The notes under the pieces are model-generated. The model was not told where the DNA came from, ran no database searches, and saw only the letters and a program-made list of their open reading frames with translations. The position numbers and the translations under genes are program-made. DNA of 60,830 nucleotides, the filler included. It is 7 parts of 7 records of this genome, joined end to end, with 100 filler letters (N's around TTAATTAATTAA, not from the genome) between each part and the next. Parts side by side here need not be neighbours in the genome. Positions count along the whole stretch, not along the records: positions 25,814 to 33,605 come from SRR31156797_16246; positions 33,706 to 45,439 come from SRR31156797_16255; 5 more parts are not named here. The stretch is one strand, 5' to 3'. Positions 28,616 through 41,662 of this stretch are shown one piece after another. Position 1 is the first letter of the stretch. Every line of letters starts with the position of its first letter.

Positions 28616-31369
28616 TTAAAAATTATATTTCAAACCCAGACTTATTCGTGTATTGTAATATTCTGCTTGCATCAAGTATTCGCTTGACCCCTGATAATAG
28701 CTAAGTGGTGTATTTAACAGGTTATTTGCTTCAGCATAAAAAATAAAATATTTAGCGATTTGAAAGCTTGCATTTACATCTAAATAAGAAACTTTATTAT
28801 AGTAACGGTCTTCAAACGCCTCGCTACCAAATTCATCTACAAAATCGCTGGCATAATTGAATGATGCCCGGGCCGACAATTTTTTACCTTCGTAGTATAA
28901 CGAAGCATTCATATTGTTTTTTGGAGTCCCCGGCAAGGAGAGGTCATCTGCTTCGCGTCCATCAACATTCGACTCTTTTACATCCGATTGTATATACGTA
29001 TAATTGGCATAAAATCCGGTTTGTTTAAGGAAGCCCGGCAGGAAATCGAACTGACGTTGAAAAGCAACTTCGAATCCCAGTAAATTAGCATCTCCGGCAT
29101 TAATATACTGATAAAATTCATCCCATATATTTCCATTATAAGAAAAATCATCTTTTACCGTTTCGGCAATAAAATTGTTGATGTCTTTATAAAAAACACC
29201 TGCCGAAAATATACCTATCGATTTAAAATAGTTTTCAAACATTAAATCAAAGTTCATTGAAGTTGTTGGGATTAAGTCAGCATTTCCAATACTAATTTCA
29301 TTATCTTCTCTGTTGATTTCTACCCGAGGAATTAAACCTACATATTTCGGACGCGCTATGGTGTTGGTCCATGCAGCTTTTAATTTACTGTTTTCTGAAA
29401 AATTAAACTTCAGGATTACAGAAGGAAGTACATTCCCATAATTGTTGGTAGCTTCTGGTGTATTCTTTAGAGCTTCAACATCACCATCTTCATTTAAAAC
29501 CAGTTCTTTACCCTGATATTTTATACCTGTGTATTCGTAACGAAGTCCTGCGATCATATCCAGTTTTCCCACTTTCTGGTCGTAACGAAGGTAGGTAGCA
29601 AATACGTCTTCAGATGCAGTATAGTTACCTGCCAATTCTTCCAGATCTTGCTCCCCTGAAAAATTTGATGCATCGGTTAAATTCAAATCTCCCAGGTATT
29701 CTTTTTTAGTAAAATTTCCGGTTATATAATCACCGGCAAGGAAAATATCCTTTGTTATATCTTTGGTTTGGGCAAAAGCACCTGAATTAAAACCATCTTC
29801 ATCTTCAATATCATATTCATAAAAATCATTCTCGCGTTTTTTTGCCTTCCCTTTATATTTAAAACCAAATTTAAGCTCACTCGAGTTGGCATTAATAATA
29901 ACTGGAAGCATAAAATCTAATTTGAAACCTTTATCGATATCATCGGTGTATTGATATTCCTCAGTCAATTCATCCAGTTCCCATTTGCTGTTAAAATTTT
30001 GTGCTTCTGAAGTATTTATTATAACGTTAGGTTTCTCGGTATCACTTAAATTCTGTGCAAATTCAACATCTTCAATTACATATTGCAGATATCTTTCGTG
30101 CGGACGTTCTTCGCTTGCTTTAGAATATGATGCTTTCCAATCCATTGCCAATGAACCAAACCGGTGATCTCCGCCAAGTGAAACGTGCAAAGTTCTTTGA
30201 TCTTCCAAACGAGCATTTTTGTTATCGGCTGAACCTGCTTTTAATTGCCGCTCAATTGTTGCCACATCTTCGTCAAGATCTTTGTAAACCACCCTGTAAC
30301 GGTTTTCCCAATCATTACGGTGGTTAAACATCACTTTTGCATCGATTTTATGATCCAGATTAAATACGTAATCAACAGCAGCCGAATAGCTTTGACGTAA
30401 ACGCTGTACAACATACTGCCGAACCTGGAACTCTTTCATTGTACCGTCGTCTTCCCACTCAGCCTCAATATTATCGGAACCTAATTTGTTATCCTGAACC
30501 GAAGCCGCGACAGTAAAACCTAACTTATCATCTACAAACCGATTACCATACATTACAGCAAAGTTTGCTGCAGGTTTTTTGGAAAGCATGTTGTATGTTG
30601 TTCCTACACTGCCTGAAATACGTTGTTTATAGGGATTTGATTTGGTTACCAAATTAATAGCACCTCCAATTGCATCAGCATCCATGTCGGGAGTAACAAC
30701 TTTGCTTACCTCGATGCTTTGAACCATATCTGAAGGAATCAGATCGAGTTGTACTGAGCGGATTTCAGCTTCGGCTGATGGAATACGTTCTCCATCGATG
30801 GTTACTGAATTATATTCAGGTGATGTACCTCGAACATGTCCGAAACGTGCTTCTCCCTGATCGTACTGTACATTAACACCCGGTATACGTTTCAATGCAT
30901 CACCAATATTTTGATCGGGAAAACGTCCGACCTGATCTGAAGAAATAATATTGGAAATATTCATGTTGTTCTTTTGTTGATTCAAGGCTTTTGAAGTTCC
31001 CTGCAACGAGCCGTTAATAACAACTTCAGCTATATTGATACCTGCTTCCATTTCAAAATTCAATTCAGTAGTTTTCCCTGCCACTACGGAGACATTTTTT
31101 GATGATGTGTGAAAACCAATGTAAGAAATCGAAAGTTGATAATCTCCTGGAAGAATAGAGGTTAACCGAAAATATCCATTCACATCAGATATTGTTCCTT
31201 TTTCTATTGATTCAATAAAAACAGTTGCACCGGGTAAAGGCAAGTGCTCTGTATCTACTATTCGACCTGCAATTACACCTTTGGTTGCATCAGCTTCATT
31301 CTCTTTTGCGAAGCTGTTACTACACGTACAAATAAAAGTAAATGTTAAAAGTAAAATTATTCGTCTCAT
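28616..31369 (-). CDS. TonB-dependent receptor (phytase-associated type)
   Basis: Carboxypeptidase-reg-like N-domain (PLPGATV), plug FPDQNIGDALKRIPGV / DADAIGGAINL, and terminal YNF. Confidence 0.92.
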   Translation of the reverse strand: MRRIILLLTFTFICTCSNSFAKENEADATKGVIAGRIVDTEHLPLPGATVFIESIEKGTISDVNGYFRLTSILPGDYQLSISYIGFHTSSKNVSVVAGKTTELNFEMEAGINIAEVVINGSLQGTSKALNQQKNNMNISNIISSDQVGRFPDQNIGDALKRIPGVNVQYDQGEARFGHVRGTSPEYNSVTIDGERIPSAEAEIRSVQLDLIPSDMVQSIEVSKVVTPDMDADAIGGAINLVTKSNPYKQRISGSVGTTYNMLSKKPAANFAVMYGNRFVDDKLGFTVAASVQDNKLGSDNIEAEWEDDGTMKEFQVRQYVVQRLRQSYSAAVDYVFNLDHKIDAKVMFNHRNDWENRYRVVYKDLDEDVATIERQLKAGSADNKNARLEDQRTLHVSLGGDHRFGSLAMDWKASYSKASEERPHERYLQYVIEDVEFAQNLSDTEKPNVIINTSEAQNFNSKWELDELTEEYQYTDDIDKGFKLDFMLPVIINANSSELKFGFKYKGKAKKRENDFYEYDIEDEDGFNSGAFAQTKDITKDIFLAGDYITGNFTKKEYLGDLNLTDASNFSGEQDLEELAGNYTASEDVFATYLRYDQKVGKLDMIAGLRYEYTGIKYQGKELVLNEDGDVEALKNTPEATNNYGNVLPSVILKFNFSENSKLKAAWTNTIARPKYVGLIPRVEINREDNEISIGNADLIPTTSMNFDLMFENYFKSIGIFSAGVFYKDINNFIAETVKDDFSYNGNIWDEFYQYINAGDANLLGFEVAFQRQFDFLPGFLKQTGFYANYTYIQSDVKESNVDGREADDLSLPGTPKNNMNASLYYEGKKLSARASFNYASDFVDEFGSEAFEDRYYNKVSYLDVNASFQIAKYFIFYAEANNLLNTPLSYYQGSSEYLMQAEYYNTRISLGLKYNF

Positions 31370-31464
31370 CTTAATAAATTTAAATTTTCAGCATTTTGCA
31401 ATAAAACCGGTTAAATAATTTTCCTTCTTTAAAGATTACCTGTTTTATTATGTTTAATTTTGAG

Positions 31465-31522
31465 CGAAAATAGAGGAATGCTGTTGCAAATTGATTAAGG
31501 AAGAGTTGTAATTCAATTAAAA
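31465..31522 (-). promoter_or_regulatory. TBDR-phytase promoter with four 11-bp-spaced Pho-box-like hexamers
   Basis: -7 element TATTTTCG (minus strand, 31472-31465). TTGCAA, TTAAGG, TTGTAA and TTAAAA at 31484, 31495, 31506 and 31517. Confidence 0.5.
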
Positions 31523-31576
31523 TCAAAAACCCGTTTTACAGAATCATTCTTATAAACAAAAACTTAGAAATCCTGT

Positions 31577-31604
31577 ACAAAAAAAGCCGGACAACTTGCC
31601 CGGC
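31577..31604 (-). terminator. Terminator after the PiT gene (copy 2 of the 28-bp direct repeat)
   Basis: Identical to 27401-27428. Confidence 0.85.
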
Positions 31605-31627
31605 TTTCAATTTATATAATACTAATT

Positions 31628-33605
31628 CTATTTCGATTGACGTGTATAAGTGGTAAAGTCGCGTTGCGATTTAACCAGATTTACCGTGTAGAGCAATAAA
31701 TTTCTCATTTCTGAGATAATTTTAAAGTACAATTGAGAATTTCTGGTATTCACCAATTTATTTTTGATTCGTTTAATTTGTATTTTTTCCATTTTTGCCA
31801 AGGTTTCGAAAATCTTGTCGCGCTCAATAATGAGGCTGTCTAATTCTTCGAAATTTTCTTCTTTAACGGCATGTAAAACATAATTAAAGAATGTATCAAT
31901 TTCTCCGGCCAGATTTTTGAGTTCTTCACTTTGATCGTCGGTAAATGGTTTATGGTTGTTTTCGATGTGCTCAACCATTGGCTCCAACATGAAATGCAGT
32001 GCATGCGCCATTTCACGTTTATAATCCATCATTTGAACATAAAAATGACTGGTATCAATTGAATCTTCGGTTAACCGGTTTACTGTAGAATATACTTTAT
32101 CTTTATTCTTCTTTGCTTTTTTAGAAAACTCTTTAGAGGCCGACTCTGCATTCTTCAGTCCGTTTCGATCTTCCTTCAAAAAGCTTTCCATTCCAATAGA
32201 AATAATCTGATTGGAAGCTACAATTGCTTTAACCACTTGTTTTGAACTTTTAGTGATGATAACTTCTCCGGCATCTTCTTCATCAATAACATCTTCCTCT
32301 TCTATATTTTTTGAAGCACTTCGTTTTTTGAATAAAACATGAGTTCTGAGTACCATAAACACGGCTATTCCCACAAAAATAAATATCATGAACTTTCCGC
32401 TAACCGAAATTAACATGGCAATTAATCCCGAAACCGAGAATGCAATTAATGCAGTAAGAAACCACCCTCCAATAACGGCAAATACACCGGAAATACGATA
32501 AACCGCACTTTCTCTGTCCCACGCCCTGTCTGACAATGAAGTACCCATAGCAACCATAAATGTTACATAAGTAGTAGAAAGTGGAAGTTTTAGTGATGTT
32601 CCAATAGCAATTAAAATACTGGCAACCACCAGATTTACAGAAGCCCTAATTTTATCAAAAGCAGGCGGGTCTAATTCGTTTTCAACATAAGAGAATGGTG
32701 CAAAACGAGACTGAACTGTTTTTGTAACCGCTCCGGGCATAGATTTCTGTAGTTTTTTATTAAAATTAGTAGTTCCACGTACAATAAGTCGGGCTGCCAA
32801 TGATGAGCCAAACCTTTCTTCACCCTCTGTTTGCCTTCCCAGGTTTATTTCAGTTTCGGTAACAGCTCTTGCTTTTTTCGAAAGGATTAAAGTAACTACC
32901 ATAATTAATCCGGATAGCAGAAGCATAAAAATTGGCGTACTGCTTTTATCCCTTAACATTTCCATTGAAAATCCGTCGGGCGACAATCCTCCTGATGCAC
33001 TCCAAGCCTGAAACGATTTAAAACCAGCAACCGGCACTCCTATAAAGTTCACCAAATCGTTACCGGCAAATGCCATTGCCAAAGCAAAGGTTCCAACAAG
33101 CACAACAACTTTAAGAATTTTAATATTAAATACCCATTTTAAAAGCTGTATAAAAACTACCCAGAAAATAAAACTATATAATAGAATTAAACCGGTATTG
33201 TGTTTAAAATAATCTTGCAGAGTTTCACCTGTGCTTAATTGATAATCGGCAAATGAAGAGCCTTTCATTCCTTTAATAATTATAAAATAGGTGATGGCTG
33301 TAATTGCTAAACCACCAAATGCCGATCCTAGATATTTCATAGGGGTTCGGTACTGGAATGAAAAAATTAAACGGGTTATATATTGCACAATTGCCCCAAC
33401 CGAAAATGCGATAAAAACAGAGAGAAGTATCCCCGTTATAATGGCCAGAGCCTTTTCCGAATTTATATAATTCGACAATTCTGCAACAGTACCTCCCATA
33501 CTTTTTATTTTCACAATAGAAACTGCAACCGCTGCCCCCAATAATTCAAACACAATAGAAACCGTTGTGGAAGTGGGCATTCCAAAAGTGTTAAACATGT
33601 CGAGC
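31628..33605 (-). CDS. Inorganic phosphate transporter (PiT family) with a C-terminal helical PhoU-like region (5' partial)
   Basis: GMPTSTT, FAGNDLVN and LPLSTT motifs. Open to the contig edge. Confidence 0.88.
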
Positions 33606-33705
33606 NNNNNNNNNNNNNNNNNNNNNNNNNNNNNNNNNNNNNNNNNNNNTTAATTAATTAANNNNNNNNNNNNNNNNNNNNNNNNNNNNNNNNNNNNNNN
33701 NNNNN
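33606..33705. other. Artificial contig spacer
   Basis: N44-TTAATTAATTAA-N44. Confidence 0.98.
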
Positions 33706-33888
33706 GCCGTAAAGCTGGCCGGCCTTTTCCTCGAACCGGCGAATCAGGAGCATCTGTTTGTAGTCTTCAAGAAGCTGCTCGCCCGTATAAGGCAGGCCGC
33801 TACTGCGTGCGGTGCGCTTGCGTGCCGGAGCCCGCCGTTTGGCCGGCGCCTTGGCCGCGCCGGAGGCACTTTTTACTGCTCTCGCCAT
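33706..33888 (-). CDS. pdhA: Pyruvate dehydrogenase E1 alpha (N-terminus only)
   Basis: Basic N-terminal tail followed by YKQMLLIRRFEEKAGQLYG. Confidence 0.9.
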
Positions 33889-34018
33889 GTTTCCCCCATG
33901 GGCAGGTGAAGACCGAAAAGCTTGTGCCTTTGAAAATAAGACGCGGTTTCCCCCGGCACAAGACGTTTCGTTAGAAAAAAATTCATCATAACGCGTTGTT
34001 TTTAAAGATACTTATATT

Positions 34019-34041
34019 GATTAATTTAATTTAAATTAATC
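34019..34041. promoter_or_regulatory. Perfect AT-rich palindrome in a divergent promoter region (candidate operator)
   Basis: GATTAATTTAA-T-TTAAATTAATC. Confidence 0.5.
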
Positions 34042-34143
34042 GTCGCAAACGAAAATGTGCTTAAAATTGTCTTCTACGCCTCTATTGGAACCGACCCCTG
34101 GGCGGTGGTTATATGTTGCAGGATGAAAACCAAAGGTTGGGTG

Positions 34144-37019
<2,876 letters not shown>

Positions 37020-37023
<4 letters not shown>

Positions 37024-37355
37024 TCTTCCCTGGGTACCTTGGTTGGCTTCGGGAAAATTATGATTTCGTCGGCGCGACCGTAATTCAGCATTCGGCGCAC
37101 CCGTTCATCCAGCATGTCGGGATCCAGGCTGTTCGGATGCAGCAGCCGGACGCGATGCTCGACGAGCTTGCGATGCGCGGAAATTTCGGTGAGGGCGGCA
37201 CGCGCGTTGGCCACCCGTTGCTTGAGGTTCCACCAGGCGATCATCCCACGGTCCCCCTGCACCGCGTGGAAGCCGAAATAAGCAACCACACAGACGCCAA
37301 GGACCGGTCCGACGACATGCCGGGCCCGAAGGCGAAATTCAGCGATCAACCCCAT
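37020..37355 (-). CDS. ftsB: Septum formation initiator FtsB/DivIC
   Basis: TM helix + YF.FH...GDRG, coiled coil, LDPDMLDER.R..L. Confidence 0.85.
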
Positions 37356-37548
37356 GGAACCGTGGTTCTCTGCACTTTTCGTTAGCCCCGTGCCTGCCAC
37401 AGTCCCAAACCCGGTGCCGAGACTACGCCCCGAGATATTAATGGTTGGTTACCGATCTCCTGAGCCGTCGCAAAAACGCGTTTCGCAAGCGCATTGACGG
37501 CTGAATGGGCGCCGAAGATACTCGCTAAGATTTTAGATCGAGGTAGAA

Positions 37549-38223
37549 TTGATCATGGCAGAACTGAAAGCCGTCCAGTGCCCGAGATGCGAGAGGCAGA
37601 CCGTCGCCGGGCACCGCGACTGCTTAATCTGCGGGCGAACCATCCATCCCGAAATCGATCCCCGCGCCCAGATCCATTTCTGCATGGAAATCAACGACGG
37701 CGATGTCCTCTTCTTCCCCGATCCTGGCCCGCGTGCCACCTATTTCCTGCTGCTCATTCCGATTGTCGGCGGCCTCCTGTATCTGGCCATCAAGGACATC
37801 GACTACGCATCCTTCAAGCCCATGGACTGGGCGCTGGCCGCCGTCCTTGCCCTGCTGGCAGCGGTTCTAACCGTCAGGGTCGTGCAGCTGATCCGATCCA
37901 AAACCGAGCGCAAGCCCTTACTCGTCCTGGACGGTGACGGCATCCGCTTTCCACGGTTCGACGACATTCAGATCGCCTGGGAGGATATCGAGACGGCTAC
38001 GGGATCGGGCTCGCCCTACCCACAGGGAGGCCACCCGCATGCCACCGGCGCCGATGTCTCGTTCAAGGTGAAGCGTGACGTCGGCATCGATCCGGCTCGA
38101 TACTCGGGCCTCAACTATAACCCGCTGTCGAGCACCGTGACCCTTGCCCAGGTCTCCATCGACCCCGAGTTCGTCTCCCGGGCGGTGGCCTTTTTCGGGC
38201 CCATCCTGACCCAGGAACGATAA
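37549..38223 (+). CDS. Hypothetical membrane protein with an N-terminal zinc ribbon
   Basis: CPRC...CLICG, two TM helices, and L.LDGDGI...IAWEDI (bPH-like) C-terminus. Confidence 0.65.
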   Translation: MIMAELKAVQCPRCERQTVAGHRDCLICGRTIHPEIDPRAQIHFCMEINDGDVLFFPDPGPRATYFLLLIPIVGGLLYLAIKDIDYASFKPMDWALAAVLALLAAVLTVRVVQLIRSKTERKPLLVLDGDGIRFPRFDDIQIAWEDIETATGSGSPYPQGGHPHATGADVSFKVKRDVGIDPARYSGLNYNPLSSTVTLAQVSIDPEFVSRAVAFFGPILTQER

Positions 38224-38277
38224 CCACGCCCGTCGAAATGTCGGCCGGACCGGATTTGACCTTCGCCGACTAGCCCG

Positions 38278-39315
38278 TCAACCGGCGTACAGTTGGAACA
38301 AAATCCCGCCGGTCAAGCCGCCGAGCAGCGACAGCAGGATGTACCAGGCGAAGACCTGTTTCTTGGCCAGGGCCCAGACCGCGATCGCGGCCGGGATGCT
38401 GGTGACGCCGCCGGCGATCAAAAAAGCCATGCCGGCACCGGGTGTCGTGCCCATATCGATCAGCCCGGCAACCAGCGGCAAGGCGGCATAACCGTTCAAG
38501 TAGGCCGGCACGCCGACGACGACGGCCAGCGGGATCGCCCAGACACTATCGGTTCCCATCAGCGCCGCGATGCTTTCGCCCGGGATATAGGCCAGCATCA
38601 GGCTTTCCAGCAGGAAGGCCAGGGTCATCCATTTGAGCAGGAACAGGCCGGATTTGGTCCCTTCCTTGCGGAAGGTGGCGCGGCGCGGTTCCTCGGTCCA
38701 GAAACGCCAGACGGCGGCATGCCGTTCGCGTACCTTGCGGCCGCCGCAACCGCCCGACCCGACGCCCTCCCTAAGCGGGTCCTGGAAGCCGTTCCTGGCC
38801 ATCACCATCATGGTGGCGTAACCGCCGGCAAGCCCGAGACCGACCGCAAAGATCGTCTTGGCGATGGCGAATTCATATCCCAGCGTGCCCGCCGTCAGGA
38901 TGAACATGGATGGGTCCATCAGGGGCGAGGCCAGCCAGAAGGCCATCACCGCCGGCAACGGCACGCCCATGGCCAGCAACGCCGCGATCAGCGGAATGAC
39001 ACCGCAGGAGCAAAACGGCGACAGGCCGCCGAACAAGGCCGCCAAGGCAATCATCAGCACCAGATTGCCCTGGAAGGCGTAGGCGATCAGCCCATCGGCG
39101 CCGGAGGCGCGTGCATAGGCCGCGATGCCGACGGCAACCGCCAGATAGGGCAGGATTCCAAGCACCGCTTCGAACGTGAATTTCGTGCTGTCTGCCGCCT
39201 GCTGCGGAACGAAAGCGGCCAGGGCCACGAAGACGATGGCGATGGTCATCGAGGCGCGGTCGAACCGCTTGGCCTGGCCGGCCAGATCCTTGAACTTGAG
39301 GGCGATTTCGGTCAT
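38278..39315 (-). CDS. ArsP/DUF318-family permease
   Basis: SPFCSCG.IP, MAFWLASP and AFLIAG motifs. ATGA overlap with arsR. Confidence 0.85.
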   Translation of the reverse strand: MTEIALKFKDLAGQAKRFDRASMTIAIVFVALAAFVPQQAADSTKFTFEAVLGILPYLAVAVGIAAYARASGADGLIAYAFQGNLVLMIALAALFGGLSPFCSCGVIPLIAALLAMGVPLPAVMAFWLASPLMDPSMFILTAGTLGYEFAIAKTIFAVGLGLAGGYATMMVMARNGFQDPLREGVGSGGCGGRKVRERHAAVWRFWTEEPRRATFRKEGTKSGLFLLKWMTLAFLLESLMLAYIPGESIAALMGTDSVWAIPLAVVVGVPAYLNGYAALPLVAGLIDMGTTPGAGMAFLIAGGVTSIPAAIAVWALAKKQVFAWYILLSLLGGLTGGILFQLYAG

Positions 39316-39719
39316 GTCGCGGCCTTTTCCTTGGCTGGCTTGTTTTCGGATGACGGCGCCGGCGGACAGGGCGCGTCGCCGTCGCAATCGCCGCCGCCGA
39401 CCAGCGAACAGCATTCGGCGGTGAGAAAATCGACGACGCCCCACATCACCGGATAGTCGTTGAAACAGCGGATCTCGCGCCCCTTTCGTTCCTGATTGAC
39501 CAGACCGGCCCGAACCAGGGCCGAGACATGGTGGTTCAGGGTCGAGGCCGGGATGCCGCTCAGTTCCTGGATGCGGCCCATGGTCAAGCCATCGGGGCCG
39601 GCCCTGACCAGCAGGCGATAGATGGCCAGGCGCTTTGGATGGCCCATCGCCTCCATGCAGGCGGCGGCCTGTTCCTCATTCAGTTTTTCGATGCGCTCGG
39701 TTTTTCGTCGTGATTCCAT
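39312..39719 (-). CDS. arsR: ArsR/SmtB family regulator with a C-terminal Cys-Cys site
   Basis: HPKRLAIYRLLV, STLNHH...AGLV...R.GR and FLTAECC motifs. Confidence 0.88.
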   Translation of the reverse strand: MESRRKTERIEKLNEEQAAACMEAMGHPKRLAIYRLLVRAGPDGLTMGRIQELSGIPASTLNHHVSALVRAGLVNQERKGREIRCFNDYPVMWGVVDFLTAECCSLVGGGDCDGDAPCPPAPSSENKPAKEKAAT

Positions 39720-39725
39720 GATTCC

Positions 39726-39776
39726 GATATACGCCCGCGATTTCGTTAAGTCAACGATTCTTCTAGAATTATAGAA
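39726..39776 (-). promoter_or_regulatory. arsR sigma70 promoter (likely leaderless) and operator-like inverted repeat
   Basis: TTGACT-N17-TATATC, then 6 nt to the ATG. TTCTA-N6-TAGAA inverted repeat at 39761-39776. Confidence 0.6.
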
Positions 39777-39836
39777 ACATAAAAACGCGCCTTATGGCCA
39801 CCTCTTTTCCACTCAAGGATTTAAGTGGAAAGCGTC

Positions 39837-40664
39837 TTAGGATTTGACCTCGTAAAGATGGACGTCGCGCTGCGGGAACGGAATCGAGACGCCTTCGGCG
39901 TCGAAGGCCTGCTTGATCGCCTTGGTCATGTCGAACTTGAGGCCCCAGTAATTGGTCGAATCGCACCACAGGCGGACGATCAGGTTGACCGAGCTGTCGC
40001 CCAGTTCGCCGACGACGACGAAGGGCTCCGGATCGGCATGGACGCGTTCGTCGGCATCGGCCAATTTGCGGATGATGCCCATGGCCTTGTCGATGTCGTC
40101 TCCGTAGCCGATGCCGATCAGAAAATCGACCCGGCGGGTCTTATGGAAGCTGTAGTTCTTGATCGCGGTGCCCCACAGATCGGCGTTGGGGACGACGATC
40201 TGCACGTTGTCCGGCGTCGCCAGTTCGGTGGTGAACAGGGTCAGCGATTTGACCGTGCCGGCAACGCCGCCGCCATCGATGTAATCCCCCGACTTGAAGG
40301 GACGGAACAGCAGCAGCATGACCCCGGCAGCGACATTGCTGAGCGTTCCCTGCAGGGCAAGGCCGATGGCCAGGCCGGCGGCGCCGAGAACGGCAATGAA
40401 GCTGGTGGTCTCAACCCCGAATCGCTCCAGCGTGGCAATGACGGCGAAGGCCAGCACCGCGTATTTGCCCAAAGCGCCTGCGAACCCGCGTAGGGTATCG
40501 TCGACCCTGGGAAACCGCTTCAGGCCGTTTTCGATGCCCTTACGCACCCAACCGGAAACGATGAAACCGGCGATGAGAATGACGATGGCGCCGATGACGT
40601 CGAGACCGTAGGTCGCGATGGCATCCATGGCCTGTTCGAGATAGTCGCCGAAAGAATTTTCCAT
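39837..40664 (-). CDS. mscS: Small-conductance mechanosensitive channel
   Basis: GAAGLAIGLALQGTLSN, RPFK.GD, VPN and IPFPQRDVH motifs. Confidence 0.93.
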   Translation of the reverse strand: MENSFGDYLEQAMDAIATYGLDVIGAIVILIAGFIVSGWVRKGIENGLKRFPRVDDTLRGFAGALGKYAVLAFAVIATLERFGVETTSFIAVLGAAGLAIGLALQGTLSNVAAGVMLLLFRPFKSGDYIDGGGVAGTVKSLTLFTTELATPDNVQIVVPNADLWGTAIKNYSFHKTRRVDFLIGIGYGDDIDKAMGIIRKLADADERVHADPEPFVVVGELGDSSVNLIVRLWCDSTNYWGLKFDMTKAIKQAFDAEGVSIPFPQRDVHLYEVKS

Positions 40665-40846
40665 CTTTGCAAGCCCTCAATAAAATCCGTTTTATTTCAA
40701 AGGCGTATGCCCTGGAACCCGGTACGGCGCGATCCCCGTCCGGATGCCGCGCCGTGTCGTGCGACGGATGTGATGCCGTCCGGCCCCAGGATCAAGTGGT
40801 TTCGAAGTCCGGCAGGCAAAAAACCGCAGCCGCCGGCACGGTTCGT

Positions 40847-41662
40847 CTAGATCATGGCATGGCGGACCTTGGCCGAGACCCATTCGCTCAACACCACCGT
40901 GGCGATGATGACGAGCAGGATGACCGAAACCCGGCTCCATTGCAGGTTCATGATCGAGGCGTTGAGCTGCAGGCCGATGCCGCCAGCCCCGACCAGACCG
41001 AGCACGGTCGATTCGCGGATATTGATGTCCCAGCGGAACACCGAAATCCCGGCAAACGCCGGCAGGATCTGCGGCACGATGCCAAACGTCAGGCGCTGTG
41101 CCCCGGAAGCGCCGGTGGCGGTGATCGCCTCGACCTGGTTTTCGTCGATCTCCTCGATCGCCTCGTACAGAAGCTTGGCGCAGAAGCCGATGGACCGCAG
41201 TCCGATAGCGATGACGCCGGCGAACACCCCGGGGCCGACGATGGCGACCAGGATGAGGGCCCAGATCAACGAGTTGATGGAGCGCGAAGATACGATGATG
41301 AACAGCGCGATCGGTCGCACGATGGTGGCGCTGGGCGTTGTATTGCGGGCGGCGCAAAACGCGGTCGGCACCGCCAGGACAAGGGCGATGACGGTGCCTA
41401 ACGTGGCGATGTTGATGGTATCCCACACCGGTATCAGCAACGTGTTGATGTACATCCAGTCCGGCGGCACCATGCGCTGGCCGAGATCCATCGCCTGTTT
41501 CGGCGCGTCGAGCACGAAGAACCAGGTCGTCTTCGCCGAAATCAATTCCCAGCAATAGACGAAGATCATCGCGGTCAGCAGCCAGCCGGCCCAGATCGAG
41601 AATTGCATGCCGCGATCGCGGCGCTGCCAGACCTTCAAACCGTTTTGTTCACTGACAGCCAT
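40847..41662 (-). CDS. phnE: Phosphonate/phosphate ABC permease
   Basis: EAITATGA and RWDINIRESTVLGLVGAGGIG motifs. The true start is MAVSEQ at 41662; the longer track ORF is a frame extension. Confidence 0.9.
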   Translation of the reverse strand: MAVSEQNGLKVWQRRDRGMQFSIWAGWLLTAMIFVYCWELISAKTTWFFVLDAPKQAMDLGQRMVPPDWMYINTLLIPVWDTINIATLGTVIALVLAVPTAFCAARNTTPSATIVRPIALFIIVSSRSINSLIWALILVAIVGPGVFAGVIAIGLRSIGFCAKLLYEAIEEIDENQVEAITATGASGAQRLTFGIVPQILPAFAGISVFRWDINIRESTVLGLVGAGGIGLQLNASIMNLQWSRVSVILLVIIATVVLSEWVSAKVRHAMI

